Shown here: positions 1 to 9,576 of the stretch, in pieces
Numbering within the stretch: position 1 is the stretch's first letter
Layout: each line of letters starts with the position of its first letter
Assembly (NCBI GenBank): GCA_963828525.1
Contig: CAWHEP010000015.1
Coordinates: 1-45,832 of the forward strand
Length of the DNA stretch: 45,832 nucleotides
Direction of reading: 5' to 3'
DNA from: an uncultured Verrucomicrobiae bacterium
GTDB lineage: Bacteria > Verrucomicrobiota > Verrucomicrobiia > Chthoniobacterales > Chthoniobacteraceae
Program-made: the position numbers and the translations under genes
Notes under the pieces: model-generated
What the model was told of the DNA's origin: nothing
Seen by the model: only the letters and a program-made list of their open reading frames with translations
The model's database searches: none

Positions 1-39
1 ATCTACCCGCTCGAGTAGAGCGTTTCCAAAATGGCGCGG

Positions 40-306
40 TCACGTGCCGCTCAAAACTTCGAGCCTTTGTATCAGCGCGAGCGCGCGACGATAAAGCTCC
101 TGATCGTCGCTCCCGTCAACAAACCCTTCATCAACTTCCTCTACAAAACCTTCCATAAAGTAAAATAAACTCTCTGCCTCTCGTTTGAGCGATAACTCCA
201 ACGGATTAATCATAGCCTTCCAATCCAAACATATCAACCGTCTCGCCTCTTCCACAGGGAGATGTTCCGACTCAATCGCTTTCTTTAGGTGATTTACAAG
301 TTCCAT
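40..306 (-). CDS. Putative immunity protein of the upstream Rhs toxin
   Basis: 88-aa acidic, AT-richer ORF starting 12 nt after the Rhs C-terminal domain stop, on the same strand. This is the canonical immunity position; family not recognised. Confidence 0.6.
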   Translation of the reverse strand: MELVNHLKKAIESEHLPVEEARRLICLDWKAMINPLELSLKREAESLFYFMEGFVEEVDEGFVDGSDDQELYRRALALIQRLEVLSGT

Positions 307-318
307 TCCAGCTTCGCT

Positions 319-2082
319 TTAATCGGTGAACGAATTATCCTTTGCGGCCTTTGTCACATGCTCTGGAGCGTTTTTTGTTTCGGTTCCCGTCCACTCGTCC
401 GGAAATCTGCGCTCTCCGCCATACTTTCCAACATGGTCTTGATGCTGATGCACTATCTCACCATCCGTCGTTACCCGATGGGTTTTTGAGATGACTTCCC
501 CATCTACGTCTCGCTCGATTATATGCTCAGATGTTCCGCCATCGGCACCTTTGGTGGGCCGCGTCTTGATCTCTCTCGTAACTTTACTCACCTCGGCAGA
601 GGTCGCATTCGCAGTTGCCTTCGCTGATTGAAATCCCTCCTGAAACGCTGCTCCGGCTTCAGCCGCAAGCGCACCTGTTCCATACGCTGCCGCGCCTGTC
701 GCTGCGCCTCTCGCGACCTTTTTGAGATCGCCGCCAACGCTTCCTTGATAAGCCTTGCCTTCAATTGCAGCGTTTCCTCGATCATTAGCTACGTCCAAGC
801 CTTCGACCCCGGCTCCTGTGACGGCTCCTATTGCCAGCGCGCCCGGAACCTGGTTCACCGGCGGCTAACCCGCCTGTGCCGTACACAACGGCACCCTTTG
901 CAACGGCAGTGCCGGTGTTTGCGGCTAACTTTCCTGCAAACTGCTTTCCACTGATTTCTCCGCGCGAGTATTGATCTCCGGCCTCGCCGTTCTTCGCAGC
1001 AGAACCGAATGAAAAGGCGTTCCATGCGACCGCGGCAAACGTAGCACCATATCCCTTACACCAGTTTACGCATCCCCCCCCTTGTTTCCCTGTTCACCGG
1101 CGTAATCAAGCATGTCACTATAAGCACTCAGTCCCTCTGGATCGAACTTGGTCCAGGGGTTCTGCCGCACATAGGTGTAAAGATTCGGCCCATCTACGAA
1201 CCCGGCTGGATCGCGGGTGATGAAGCAACCGGTCTCCAAGTCGCGGTATCGGAACCCCTCGTCGAGCAGCCCTGTGGGGTCTTCCTCCTTTGTGTTGCCC
1301 TTCTGCCGATCAAGAGTCGAGCCGAACTCCTGCGCGCGCTTGCCGAAGGCTTCGTAGCTGGCCTGATATGCCAAAACGCCTGAGGCGTCTGTCTTGGCCA
1401 CAACGTCCCCGCGCCCGTCGTAGTGGGTCACGCCAAGCGCATTCCCCCGGATCGTGTAGAGGATGCCTCCTGTTCCGCCGCCCCAATCCGATCCGCGGAT
1501 GTATTCGACCGTCGGGCTGGTCGCCCCGTTGTCATATTCGGCGACGCTACTGCCCCCACTAAAGACGACCGCCGTGTTAATGCTCCCTTCCTCCCGCTGG
1601 ACGCGGCGGGTGCGGTAATCATACGCGTAGCTGTAGCTGGCCGTCCCGCTCGTGACCGATACCAATCGATTCTCGATGTCGTAAGCGTAACTACTTGTCC
1701 CATTTGATGTCCGGTTCCCGTTGGCGTCATATGTCAGCGAAACGGCTGCCCTGGACGGCGCGGTGTACGCGGTCAGCTGATCGGCAGCATTGTAGTTATA
1801 GGTGGTAATCCCCGAATTCGACCCCCCAGTGATCGTCCTGCTGGCGCGATTGTTTGCCGCGTCATACTCGTAGGTTGTGGCGACGGTATTTCCGCCTTGG
1901 GTGGCCGACTCGATATGAAGCCGGTCAATGGCGTCATAGGTATTTGTGACGGCGCGGCTGGCTAGCGATTGCGTGAAATAGGTCTCCTGCTGGGTCGCAA
2001 GGTTCCCCTTGAGGTCGTAGGCAAGATCGATCTCCGAAAGCCGTCCGGCAGGCACTCTCGTCGTCATGAGCGCGCGCCGATT
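319..2082 (-). pseudogene. Rhs/YD-repeat polymorphic toxin, 3' portion (core end, DPxGL site, C-terminal toxin), with two frameshifts
   Basis: YD repeats (YDAIDR, YDAANNR, YDANGNR, YDIENRL) and Rhs core end 'RYRDLETGCFITRDPAGFVDGPNLYTYVRQNPWTKFDPEGL'. After a frameshift at the C8 run 1074-1081, reading continues GCVNWCKGYGATFAAVAWNAFSFG...VYGTGGLAAG. A second shift near 860 joins ORF 319..858. Confidence 0.85.
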
Positions 2083-2259
2083 CAGCAGGTAGTCCACGCG
2101 TTTCGGGGCCTTGCGGATGAACCCTTTGCCAACTGGAATGATGCGCCCATCGGTGATGGCGCGCTGTTCGGCGATGGAATGGGGGTCTGTGTCCCACCCC
2201 GCGCTGAGCAGCTTTGGCACAACGAATTTCCTGCATGTATCCGCTTCGCTCCCCGGCAT
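2083..2259 (-). pseudogene. hsdR: N-terminal ~59 codons of a type I restriction enzyme R subunit (EcoAI/EcoEI-like HsdR), fused in frame to the Rhs fragment
   Basis: ATG at 2259 gives MPGSEADTCRKFVVPKLLSAGWDTDPHSIAEQRAITDGRIIPVGKGFIRKAPKRVDYLL, matching the EADTCRxxxxPxLxxAGW...TDGRI...RxDYLL start of this HsdR family. It breaks off before the nuclease ExK motif. Confidence 0.75.
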
Positions 2260-2362
2260 CAGGGTGGAAGGTGTAGCATGGATGGTCGAAGCGAAGCAAA
2301 CTCTGGATTGTCTGACGGGGTTGACGTTGCGGAAAGCGTGTTGCGGGGGCGGGATCACGCTC

Positions 2363-2389
2363 CGGACGCCTCGGCGAGGCTTCCCTACC
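2363..2389. repeat. REP-like palindrome, family B (copy 1)
   Basis: cggacgcctcggcgaggcttccctacc; the reverse strand reads GGTAG-GGAAGCCTCGCCGAGGCGTCCG (GTAG foot plus hairpin). Confidence 0.8.
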
Positions 2390-2489
2390 TTGGGGCTTCT
2401 CTATCTGGGGTAGGTTCGGAGATGTTGAGTTGCGAGGGTGGTTGCTGATACTTTTCCCATCAATCCCCTGCTCTTCCCCTTACCCTTAT

Positions 2490-5400
2490 ATGCTTCGACT
2501 TCCTGCCCTGTTTTCCCTGCTGCTTTCCGCCCTTGCGTTGGGCATGACACCGTTGCCTGCCATAGGGAAAGCTTCGGGGATCGGCAGCGTGGGAGCTGAT
2601 GTGACGGTGAAGGACAACGGCGATGGCACGGTGACGATGAGTAACGGGATTGTCTCGCTCCATATCGAGACGGCTGCCAACCAGATGAATTCCATCGCCT
2701 ATACGTGCAATAACAGCGGCGCGCCGCGGACGGTCGAGACGATCAAGGATCACGATCATTTCCGGTGGGGGGGCTTCCCGCTGGGCGGCAAGACCTTTGT
2801 TTATTCACTTGCGGTGAATCCCGCAAACAACGGCGGGAACTATGGCGACGTGATGTTGCTGAACAGTTCGGAGGACAATGGCGTGATGGAGGTCCATTAC
2901 TCGATGCTGCGCGGCTCGTCCGGCTTTTACTCGACGGCGACACTCACGCACCGGGCGCAGGATTCCGCCGGTGGCGTGGGCGCGTGGGGCGCGCTGAGCC
3001 GGGTGCCGGTGGGCTTTGAATGGACGAGCCTCAACGCGTTGCATAACTATTCCGTGGGCGCTGCGCCGGTTTCGGCTCATGGGGCCGGGGTTCCCAACTC
3101 GGCGCATGAACTGACAGTGCTGCTGAGTGGCGGACACGCGGGCGAGTTCGACGACAAGTTCATCTATGCCGAGGATCGCGATGATCTCCAGGCGTGGGGC
3201 TGGAGCAGTGTCGGCAACAAGGGGCTCAACGTGGGGATCTGGCTGATGAGTGAGATGGAATTCAGCGACGGCGGGCCGCTCAAGCGCGATGTGGCTGATT
3301 CCATCGACCGAGGGCTTAACGAGGCGATCCTCACCGGGGAGGTGGGGATGGGTTCGGACGGCGGTTTAGCCAAAGGCGAGCTGTGGTCAAAAACATGCGG
3401 CCCTTTTTTCTACTATGTAAATAGTGTCCCCGCATCGATCACCGATCCACGGCAGGCGTCGCAGCTTCTCTTCCAGGACGCGCTGGCACAGGCGCAAGCG
3501 GAACACAAAGCGTGGCCTTACGCGTGGTTCAAGCAGGGCGGCTACGTCCCGGAGCAGGGTCGCGGAACGGTGACAGGCAAACTGGTGATCGCCGATCCGG
3601 GCAATCCCCACGCCTCGGCGGCGGACGTGTGGGTGGGTCTCGAGCAGCAACCGCCCAGCTCGAAGCCGGTCTGCGATTTTCAGAAATACCTGAAGGCCTA
3701 CCAATTCTGGGTGAAGACAGGGGCGGACGGTTCGTTCCGCATCCCGCATGTGATCGCGGGCTCCAACTACACGCTATGGGCTTACGGGCCGGGCGCGGCG
3801 GGCACTTTCCTTTCCCAGGAACAGACCGGTGGCCGGCCGCCGCTGGAGATCGACACGCCTGCCAGGCCGTTTGCCGTGAAGGTGATCGCGGGCGCGCTGA
3901 CCGATCTGGGCAACGTGACATGGACGCCGGTTCGCGTCGGGCCCACCGTGTTCGAGCTCGGCTATCCGGACCGCAAGGCGGACAAGTTCCGCCATGGCGA
4001 GGACTACTGGGCGCCCGAGCCTTCGCCGAAGCTGGGTTACCCAGTGCCGGTCTGGGGCGGAGAACCGGAGTTCGCGGTGGATAACCCGAATGGCCTGACT
4101 TACACCGTCGGGACGAGCCAGTGGCCGCGTGACTGGAGTTACATCATCCCCGCGCCGCCCGACGCGACGGGGGCTTACCAGCCCGGCACTGGCGCCATCC
4201 GGTTCCATCTCCCCTCCGCGCCTCGCCTCGGCGCGAGCGCTTCGATCTATCTCGGCTGCGCGGGCGACGAAAGCGGAGGCATCGTGGTGAGCGTGAATGG
4301 AACCAATCTCGGAACGGCGACGGGCGTGATGGCGGCGCCGAACCCGCTGACGCCCGGCGGTTTCGATCCGCCAAAAGATTACACCGATGACAGCGCCGAG
4401 CATTTCAGCGATCACGGCCCCTTTTTCGACGAGCGGATAAATTTTCCGGCAAGCCTGCTGCATGCCGGCGCCAATACGATCAGCATCCAGTGCGCCGGGA
4501 AGAAAGGCATGCCTTACCTGATGCTGGATTACGCGCGGCTGGAGTTGACCGGCTATGTGCCGCCCGCGCCAGCGAGCGTAACAGCCGCAGCGGGCAATAA
4601 CCGGGCGCTGATTTCCTGGCCTCTTGTTCCGGGCGCGACCAGTTATAATGTTTTTCGCGCGGACAAGGCGGGATCGGGATACGCGCGGGTCGCGACAGAT
4701 GTGGTCTGCCCGGTGTGCGGCAGTGGCCCCAGGCTGGGGACATACGTCGATACTACTGCTGTGAACGGCGCCGGTTATACCTACATGCTACAGTCGGTGA
4801 ATCCGGCGGGCTCCAGCCCGGCGTCGCCGCCCAGTGCCGCCGTGACTCCGCTGGCAAAAACCGTGGCGACGCTTCCGCCGGCAATGCCGAACGGCCTGAA
4901 GGTTGTGAGGTCGGGACATCATCTTGTGTCCTTGAGTTGGAACGCTTCGCTCGGGCCGGTCAGCTATAGCGTCTGGCGAACGACGCTCCACCCGGACGGC
5001 GTCGGCGGAGCCTACCCGCTTCGGACGATCATCCTGGACGACGCTGTTTACGCCACCAGCTATGAGGACACGACGCCAAGCGATGGCAGCCTTTATAGCT
5101 ACCATGTTCAGGCAACGAACGCGGCGGGCATGAGCGCGCCGTCCTCCGCTGTTACCGCCGCGCCTGTGCCGCCGCCGCCCGCTTCGGCGCCGGGAGGGCT
5201 TGTTGGCGCGTGGGCGAAGTCCCGCAATGGCGGCGCGATCACGCTGAAATGGTCAGCGGTTCCCGGGGCGGTGGGCTACGTTGTTTACCGCTCCAGCGGC
5301 GCGGACGCTTCGTTTAGATGGCCAAAGGATTTCCTCACGACGCTGGTGGAAACGACTTACACCGACAAAGGCAACACCGAGAAGAGCGCAAAGGTCAAAG

Positions 5401-5495
5401 GGCTTGATAAGAGCATTGCTTATTCTTACCAAGTGACGGCCGTGAACGCGGGGGGTGTTTCGCCGGCTTCTGTTGTTCGGGTAGTGGGGCAGTGA
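2490..5495 (+). CDS. Secreted rhamnogalacturonan lyase (PL4 family) with C-terminal fibronectin type III repeats
   Basis: Signal peptide from ATG 2490. PL4-like motifs MSNGIV, YSMLRGSSGFY, GPFFYYVN, WPYAWF...RGTVTGKL, YQFWVKTGADGSFRIPHV, ELGYPDR, YTVGTS, LLHAGANTI, DYARLE. About three FN3 repeats follow (SWPLVPGATSYNVFR...YTYMLQSVN). Confidence 0.85.
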   Translation: MLRLPALFSLLLSALALGMTPLPAIGKASGIGSVGADVTVKDNGDGTVTMSNGIVSLHIETAANQMNSIAYTCNNSGAPRTVETIKDHDHFRWGGFPLGGKTFVYSLAVNPANNGGNYGDVMLLNSSEDNGVMEVHYSMLRGSSGFYSTATLTHRAQDSAGGVGAWGALSRVPVGFEWTSLNALHNYSVGAAPVSAHGAGVPNSAHELTVLLSGGHAGEFDDKFIYAEDRDDLQAWGWSSVGNKGLNVGIWLMSEMEFSDGGPLKRDVADSIDRGLNEAILTGEVGMGSDGGLAKGELWSKTCGPFFYYVNSVPASITDPRQASQLLFQDALAQAQAEHKAWPYAWFKQGGYVPEQGRGTVTGKLVIADPGNPHASAADVWVGLEQQPPSSKPVCDFQKYLKAYQFWVKTGADGSFRIPHVIAGSNYTLWAYGPGAAGTFLSQEQTGGRPPLEIDTPARPFAVKVIAGALTDLGNVTWTPVRVGPTVFELGYPDRKADKFRHGEDYWAPEPSPKLGYPVPVWGGEPEFAVDNPNGLTYTVGTSQWPRDWSYIIPAPPDATGAYQPGTGAIRFHLPSAPRLGASASIYLGCAGDESGGIVVSVNGTNLGTATGVMAAPNPLTPGGFDPPKDYTDDSAEHFSDHGPFFDERINFPASLLHAGANTISIQCAGKKGMPYLMLDYARLELTGYVPPAPASVTAAAGNNRALISWPLVPGATSYNVFRADKAGSGYARVATDVVCPVCGSGPRLGTYVDTTAVNGAGYTYMLQSVNPAGSSPASPPSAAVTPLAKTVATLPPAMPNGLKVVRSGHHLVSLSWNASLGPVSYSVWRTTLHPDGVGGAYPLRTIILDDAVYATSYEDTTPSDGSLYSYHVQATNAAGMSAPSSAVTAAPVPPPPASAPGGLVGAWAKSRNGGAITLKWSAVPGAVGYVVYRSSGADASFRWPKDFLTTLVETTYTDKGNTEKSAKVKGLDKSIAYSYQVTAVNAGGVSPASVVRVVGQ

Positions 5496-5615
5496 GCAGG
5501 TGGTGGGATTATCGTGGTTGGTTGGTTGATGTGCTTATAGTACAAACGCGCGCGCGTTGATTTTTTAAACCCACGCGTTATGCGGTTACGGTTCGACTGA
5601 TCTCGGAGAGCGGGA

Positions 5616-5670
5616 GCGAAGTGCAACTAGACAATTGCGTTCCGAAGTGCAACTTCGGAACGAGGAGGGG
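5616..5670. repeat. REP-like palindrome, family A (copy 1)
   Basis: gcgaagtgcaactagacaattgcgttccgaagtgcaacttcggaacgaggagggg, with a perfect 11-bp stem CGTTCCGAAGT-gca-ACTTCGGAACG at 5638-5662. Confidence 0.8.
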
Positions 5671-5704
5671 AGTTTGTTCGTGGGTTGGTGGGGTTTCGAC
5701 GCGT

Positions 5705-5740
5705 GTTCGACTGACGGACGCCTCGGCGAGGCGTCCCTGT
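5705..5740. repeat. REP-like palindrome, family B (copy 2)
   Basis: gttcgactgacGGACGCCTCG-g-CGAGGCGTCCctg, a perfect 10-bp inverted repeat at 5716-5736. Confidence 0.85.
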
Positions 5741-5835
5741 TATGGGGCATGTACGTTCGACGATTCTTGCGCTGCCGCGCGTAGCCGGGAGCCCATTCGT
5801 GGAGAGAGGTTGCGTTCCCGAAGGGCGCGCCACGA

Positions 5836-6015
5836 TCAAAGGTCAAGTTCGGCTTTGACCTGTTCCCACGGGGTACCGGGCTTTCCGGCATTGCGCTCGA
5901 CGGCGGCACGGAGTTCCATGAGGTCTTCCATGTCCTCGAGACGCTCCTGGAGACGGCGTACCTCAACCGCGAGGGATTCGAGCGTCGGTTTTTCGAGCGT
6001 AATGGTGTCACTCAT
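5836..6015 (-). CDS. Small antitoxin, partner of the upstream RelE-like toxin
   Basis: 59 aa with 'ERLEDMEDL...GTPWEQVKAELDL', typical of short RelE/ParE antitoxins. Its ATG overlaps the toxin stop (ATGAGTGA). Confidence 0.75.
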   Translation of the reverse strand: MSDTITLEKPTLESLAVEVRRLQERLEDMEDLMELRAAVERNAGKPGTPWEQVKAELDL

Positions 6016-6250
6016 AGGCTTCCTTCCTGTCTTTGACAGCATACACTACGATCAAGTCGCCTAACCAGCACCAAGAGCACCCGGAAGCTGGTCACGCGGA
6101 GCCGGTATTCGTGAGAACGGGCCGCGAGCTTCTTCACGTCTCCGGCAAGATCGGTCTGCATTTGATCCAGCCGATGTTGCGCCGGTGCTCTTTGGGCAGT
6201 GCCCGCAACTGTTCGCGGGCCTCATCCTTGATTTCACGCCGGTAGCGCAT
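6008..6250 (-). pseudogene. RelE/ParE-family toxin, frameshifted (absent from the ORF track)
   Basis: Manual translation across two frameshifts: MRYRREIKDEAREQLRALPKEHRRNIG/LDQMQTDLAGDVKKLAARSHEYRLRVTSFRVLLVLV/GDLIVVYAVKDRKEAYE*. Shows the RelE hallmarks DVKKL, YRLRV, RVL and RKEAY. Confidence 0.8.
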
Positions 6251-6341
6251 GGATGTTGGTTTTCTGTTTGGCTTTGTATGGGGAAGGCCGGGCTGGATAG
6301 GTGGCCAAGTGGACCTGCTTCAACTGTTGGATACTGACTTG

Positions 6342-6404
6342 GAAGCGAAGCGCAACTTCGAAGACAATTGCGTTGCCAAGCGCAACTTGTTAACGAGAAG
6401 GGGG
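6342..6404. repeat. REP-like palindrome, family A (copy 2, degenerate)
   Basis: gaagcgaagcgcaacttcgaagacaattgcgttgccaagcgcaacttgttaacgagaagggg aligns with 5616-5670. Confidence 0.75.
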
Positions 6405-6450
6405 TGGGGAGCGCTCTTCGTTTGCGGGTTCCCTCCCCTCCCCCTCCCCT

Positions 6451-9400
6451 ATGAAAAAATGGATGTTTGTTTGTTGTTTGTGTGTCGCGCTGGGTTTTCT
6501 GGTTCCGGACGGTGTTCGGGGGCAGGCTGCTGGCGAGGACGCGGATCTTGCGCGGAATCGCGCGGTATACCAGTCGAGCGCGGCTAATTACGATAATACC
6601 GGGCATCTCACCACGGATGGCAATCCGCGGGATTTCTGGCAGAGCGCGCCGGGGGCCGAGCAATGGGTGTATGTGGATTTGGGGCAGAGCTGTTCCATTG
6701 ACCGGGTTCAGCTTGTTTGGGGACCGCATACCACGCCGCTGACGTTCAAGCTCCAGGTTTCAGATGAGGCCGGGACGCCGGTGAACTGGCGGGACGTCCA
6801 TAGCGCGGTTTCACAGACGGAGGAGAGCAGCAATATTGCGTTTCCGCGTCAGAAAGCGCGCTACGTACGCGCGCTACTGCAGGCAGGCGGCGAGACGGGG
6901 GGCTATGTGCTGCATACGTTCAGCGTCTTCGGCGCGCGCGCAACGGGGCCGGCTGCGGCAGGCTCGGCTTCCCTGGTCGCCGGCGACGATGGGACGGCGA
7001 CGCTGGATGATGATTCGGGCTTGTGGAAGGTGCAGCGGGAGGATTTTGTGACAGCGGCCCCGGAGGCGCTTTCGGCGTTGGGAGCCGACACGCGGAACTG
7101 GCTGCCCGGCCTTGTGCCCGGGACAACTCTCACCAGTTACCTGAAGGCGGGAGCGGTGCCGGACCCGCGGTATGGCGACCAGCAGTTTCAGATTTCTGAA
7201 GAGTTTTTTAACAATCACGACTTTTGGTTTCGCCGGGAGTTCATCCCGCCCGCGTCTTACAAGGGTAAGCATGTGTGGCTGAACTTCGATGGGATCAACT
7301 GGAAGGCCGATATCTATCTGAACGGCGCGCGCGTGGGGCGCATCGATGGCGCGTTTATCCGCAGCCAGTTTGACATCAGCAGCGGGCTTCAGTGGGGGAA
7401 GCCGAACACGGTGGCGGTGCTGATTCATAAAATGAAGCACCCCGGTCGGACGGATCATAAGATCCTGAATGGGCCGACGAAGAACGGCAGCGAGATCGGG
7501 CTGGATAGTCCCACTTTCATGGCGAGCACGCATTGGAACTGGATCCCTTCGATACGGGGACGGGATACGGGCATCTGGAATCATGTTTACCTGAGAGCGA
7601 CCGGTGACGCGCGGATCAGTGACCCGTTTGTGGCGAGTGATTTATCGACCGACCACGGGAAGGCGGACCTGACAGTGAGGATGAACGTGGCCAACGCGAC
7701 CGGGCAGGCGCAAACGGTGGCCGTGGCAGGGACGGTGGGAAACATCCATTTCGGGCGGAGTGTTACCCTGGTTGGCAACGCGACGATGGAAGTCGTGTTC
7801 GATGTTCACTCGAATCCGGAGCTGTCGATATCCCAGCCTCAACTGTGGTGGCCGAACGGGTATGGAGGGCAGCCGCTTTACAAGCTTCATGTAGAGGCGA
7901 GAACCGCGGGAGCGCTGAGCGATCAGCGGGATGCGAGCTTCGGGATTCGGAAGCTGAGTTATGACATTTCAGACAAGATTCTGAAAATATCGGTAAATGA
8001 CCACCGGATCATGTGCAACGGGGGGAACTGGGGAATGCCCGAAGCGATGCTGCTCTATAAGGAGCATGATTACGATACGGCGGTGCATCTTCACCAGGAC
8101 ATGCGCATGGTGATGATCCGCAACTGGGCGGGGCAAACGGCCAGCCAGGCGTTTTACGACGCGTGCGACAAGTATGGCATACTCGTATGGGATGACTTCT
8201 GGATGGTGCATCATTACGATGGCCCGGACCCGGAGGACGAGACGATGTTCATCGCCAACATGCGGGACAAGGTTCTCCAGGTCCGGAATCATCCTTCAGT
8301 GGCGCTCTATTGCGGGCGGAACGAGGAAGGGCCGCCCAAGAGGCTGGACGCGGCGATGCGCCTGGCGACGCAAGAGCTCGATGGGACGCGGTTTTATGTG
8401 CCGAACTCGAGAGCGGGGGTGGTGACGGGAGGGGGGCCGTACGCTCCGATGAAGCCCGAATGGTATTTCGCAAACAAGGGCAAGACATTCCATAGCGAGC
8501 TGGGGATCGTGTGCGTGCCGACGGTCGAGACGATGCGCTTGATGATGCCGGAGAAGGATTTGTGGCCGATCAATAACATGTGGGGGCTCCACGACTTCCA
8601 TCAACCGCGCGCCAAGTCCTACATTTCGATGATCGGCGCGTCGTACGGGCCGTCGGGGAACGTGCAGGATTTCTGCGAGAAGGCGCAGATGTTCAACATG
8701 GAGACTTCGAAGGCGATGCTGGAATGCTGGCGGAGCAATCGCGGGAGCGGCGGGCTGGTGTGGATGAGTCATCCGGCGTGGCCTTCGCTGATCTGCCAGC
8801 TTTATGACTATTACCTAAATCCGACCGCAGCCTATTTCGGGATAAAGAAGGCATGCGAGCCGGTTCACATATTGTGGAACTCGAATGTGAACCAGGTGCA
8901 GGCCGCTAACGATACGCTCGCGGATCTGCCGCGTCTCACGGCGGAAGCCTCGGTGTTCGATATGAATGGGAACGCTGTGTTCCAGCAGAGCAGCACGATT
9001 GATTGCAAGGCCGGGACGGCTGCGAGTTGCTTCCCGCTAGACTTCACCCGTGTTACGACGCCGGTTTCATTCATCAAACTGAAGCTGTCGTCTGGCGGTA
9101 AAATGCTGAGCGAGAATTTCTACTGGCACGGGACGGATGCCCACTACGCGGAGTTGTCGCAGATGCCGCGGGTTCGGCTCACCGGGAAAGTGGAGCCGGC
9201 GGCGGGGCGGCAAGAGGAGCTTACGAGGATGGATGTGACTGTGACGAACCCGGCGTCGACGATCGCGCTCATGGTTTGCCTGAAGGTAGTTCGCGATGAC
9301 GCGGCCCGGGAACGTGTGCTACCGATCTACTATGAGGACAACTATTTTACGTTGATGCCGCATGAAACCAGGAAGATTGCGGTGCGGTATGACGCCAGCC

Positions 9401-9465
9401 TGCTGGGGAATGCAAAGCCGCTGGTGCTTCTGCAGGGGTGGAATGTTGATGAGCGGGGGCTTTGA
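6451..9465 (+). CDS. Secreted glycoside hydrolase family 2 (beta-mannosidase/exo-beta-glucosaminidase-like) with N-terminal discoidin (F5/8 type C, CBM32-like) domain
   Basis: Signal peptide; discoidin motifs 'QWVYVDLG...ARYVR'; GH2 motifs 'WLNFDGINWKADIYLNG', 'LWWPNGYGGQPLY', 'FGIR', 'FYDACDKYGILVWDDFW', 'RNHPSVALYCGRNE', 'FHSELG'. Confidence 0.9.
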   Translation: MKKWMFVCCLCVALGFLVPDGVRGQAAGEDADLARNRAVYQSSAANYDNTGHLTTDGNPRDFWQSAPGAEQWVYVDLGQSCSIDRVQLVWGPHTTPLTFKLQVSDEAGTPVNWRDVHSAVSQTEESSNIAFPRQKARYVRALLQAGGETGGYVLHTFSVFGARATGPAAAGSASLVAGDDGTATLDDDSGLWKVQREDFVTAAPEALSALGADTRNWLPGLVPGTTLTSYLKAGAVPDPRYGDQQFQISEEFFNNHDFWFRREFIPPASYKGKHVWLNFDGINWKADIYLNGARVGRIDGAFIRSQFDISSGLQWGKPNTVAVLIHKMKHPGRTDHKILNGPTKNGSEIGLDSPTFMASTHWNWIPSIRGRDTGIWNHVYLRATGDARISDPFVASDLSTDHGKADLTVRMNVANATGQAQTVAVAGTVGNIHFGRSVTLVGNATMEVVFDVHSNPELSISQPQLWWPNGYGGQPLYKLHVEARTAGALSDQRDASFGIRKLSYDISDKILKISVNDHRIMCNGGNWGMPEAMLLYKEHDYDTAVHLHQDMRMVMIRNWAGQTASQAFYDACDKYGILVWDDFWMVHHYDGPDPEDETMFIANMRDKVLQVRNHPSVALYCGRNEEGPPKRLDAAMRLATQELDGTRFYVPNSRAGVVTGGGPYAPMKPEWYFANKGKTFHSELGIVCVPTVETMRLMMPEKDLWPINNMWGLHDFHQPRAKSYISMIGASYGPSGNVQDFCEKAQMFNMETSKAMLECWRSNRGSGGLVWMSHPAWPSLICQLYDYYLNPTAAYFGIKKACEPVHILWNSNVNQVQAANDTLADLPRLTAEASVFDMNGNAVFQQSSTIDCKAGTAASCFPLDFTRVTTPVSFIKLKLSSGGKMLSENFYWHGTDAHYAELSQMPRVRLTGKVEPAAGRQEELTRMDVTVTNPASTIALMVCLKVVRDDAARERVLPIYYEDNYFTLMPHETRKIAVRYDASLLGNAKPLVLLQGWNVDERGL

Positions 9466-9513
9466 TTGGGGGGTTGGGTGGAAGACAGAAAGCGAGCAGA
9501 GGAAGCGGGGAGG

Positions 9514-9563
9514 TTGCGGGGATTCACCGCATCTTTTTGCGGTGAATAGGGCGTTATTCGCCG
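9514..9563. repeat. Orphan direct-repeat copy of the Fic upstream palindrome region
   Basis: ttgcgggg-ATTCACCGCA-tctttt-TGCGGTGAAT-agggcgttattcgccg closely matches 10850-10899 ttgcaagg-ATTCACCGCA-tattt-TGCGGTGAAT-atggggtttattcgccg. Confidence 0.8.
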
Positions 9564-9576
9564 ATTGGCGGGGGAA

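Noticed and set aside
5545..5566. Intrinsic terminator after the PL4 gene (aacgcgcgcgcgtt + T run)
   Set aside because: Stem is only ~5 bp once a loop is allowed and is low complexity; too weak to call.
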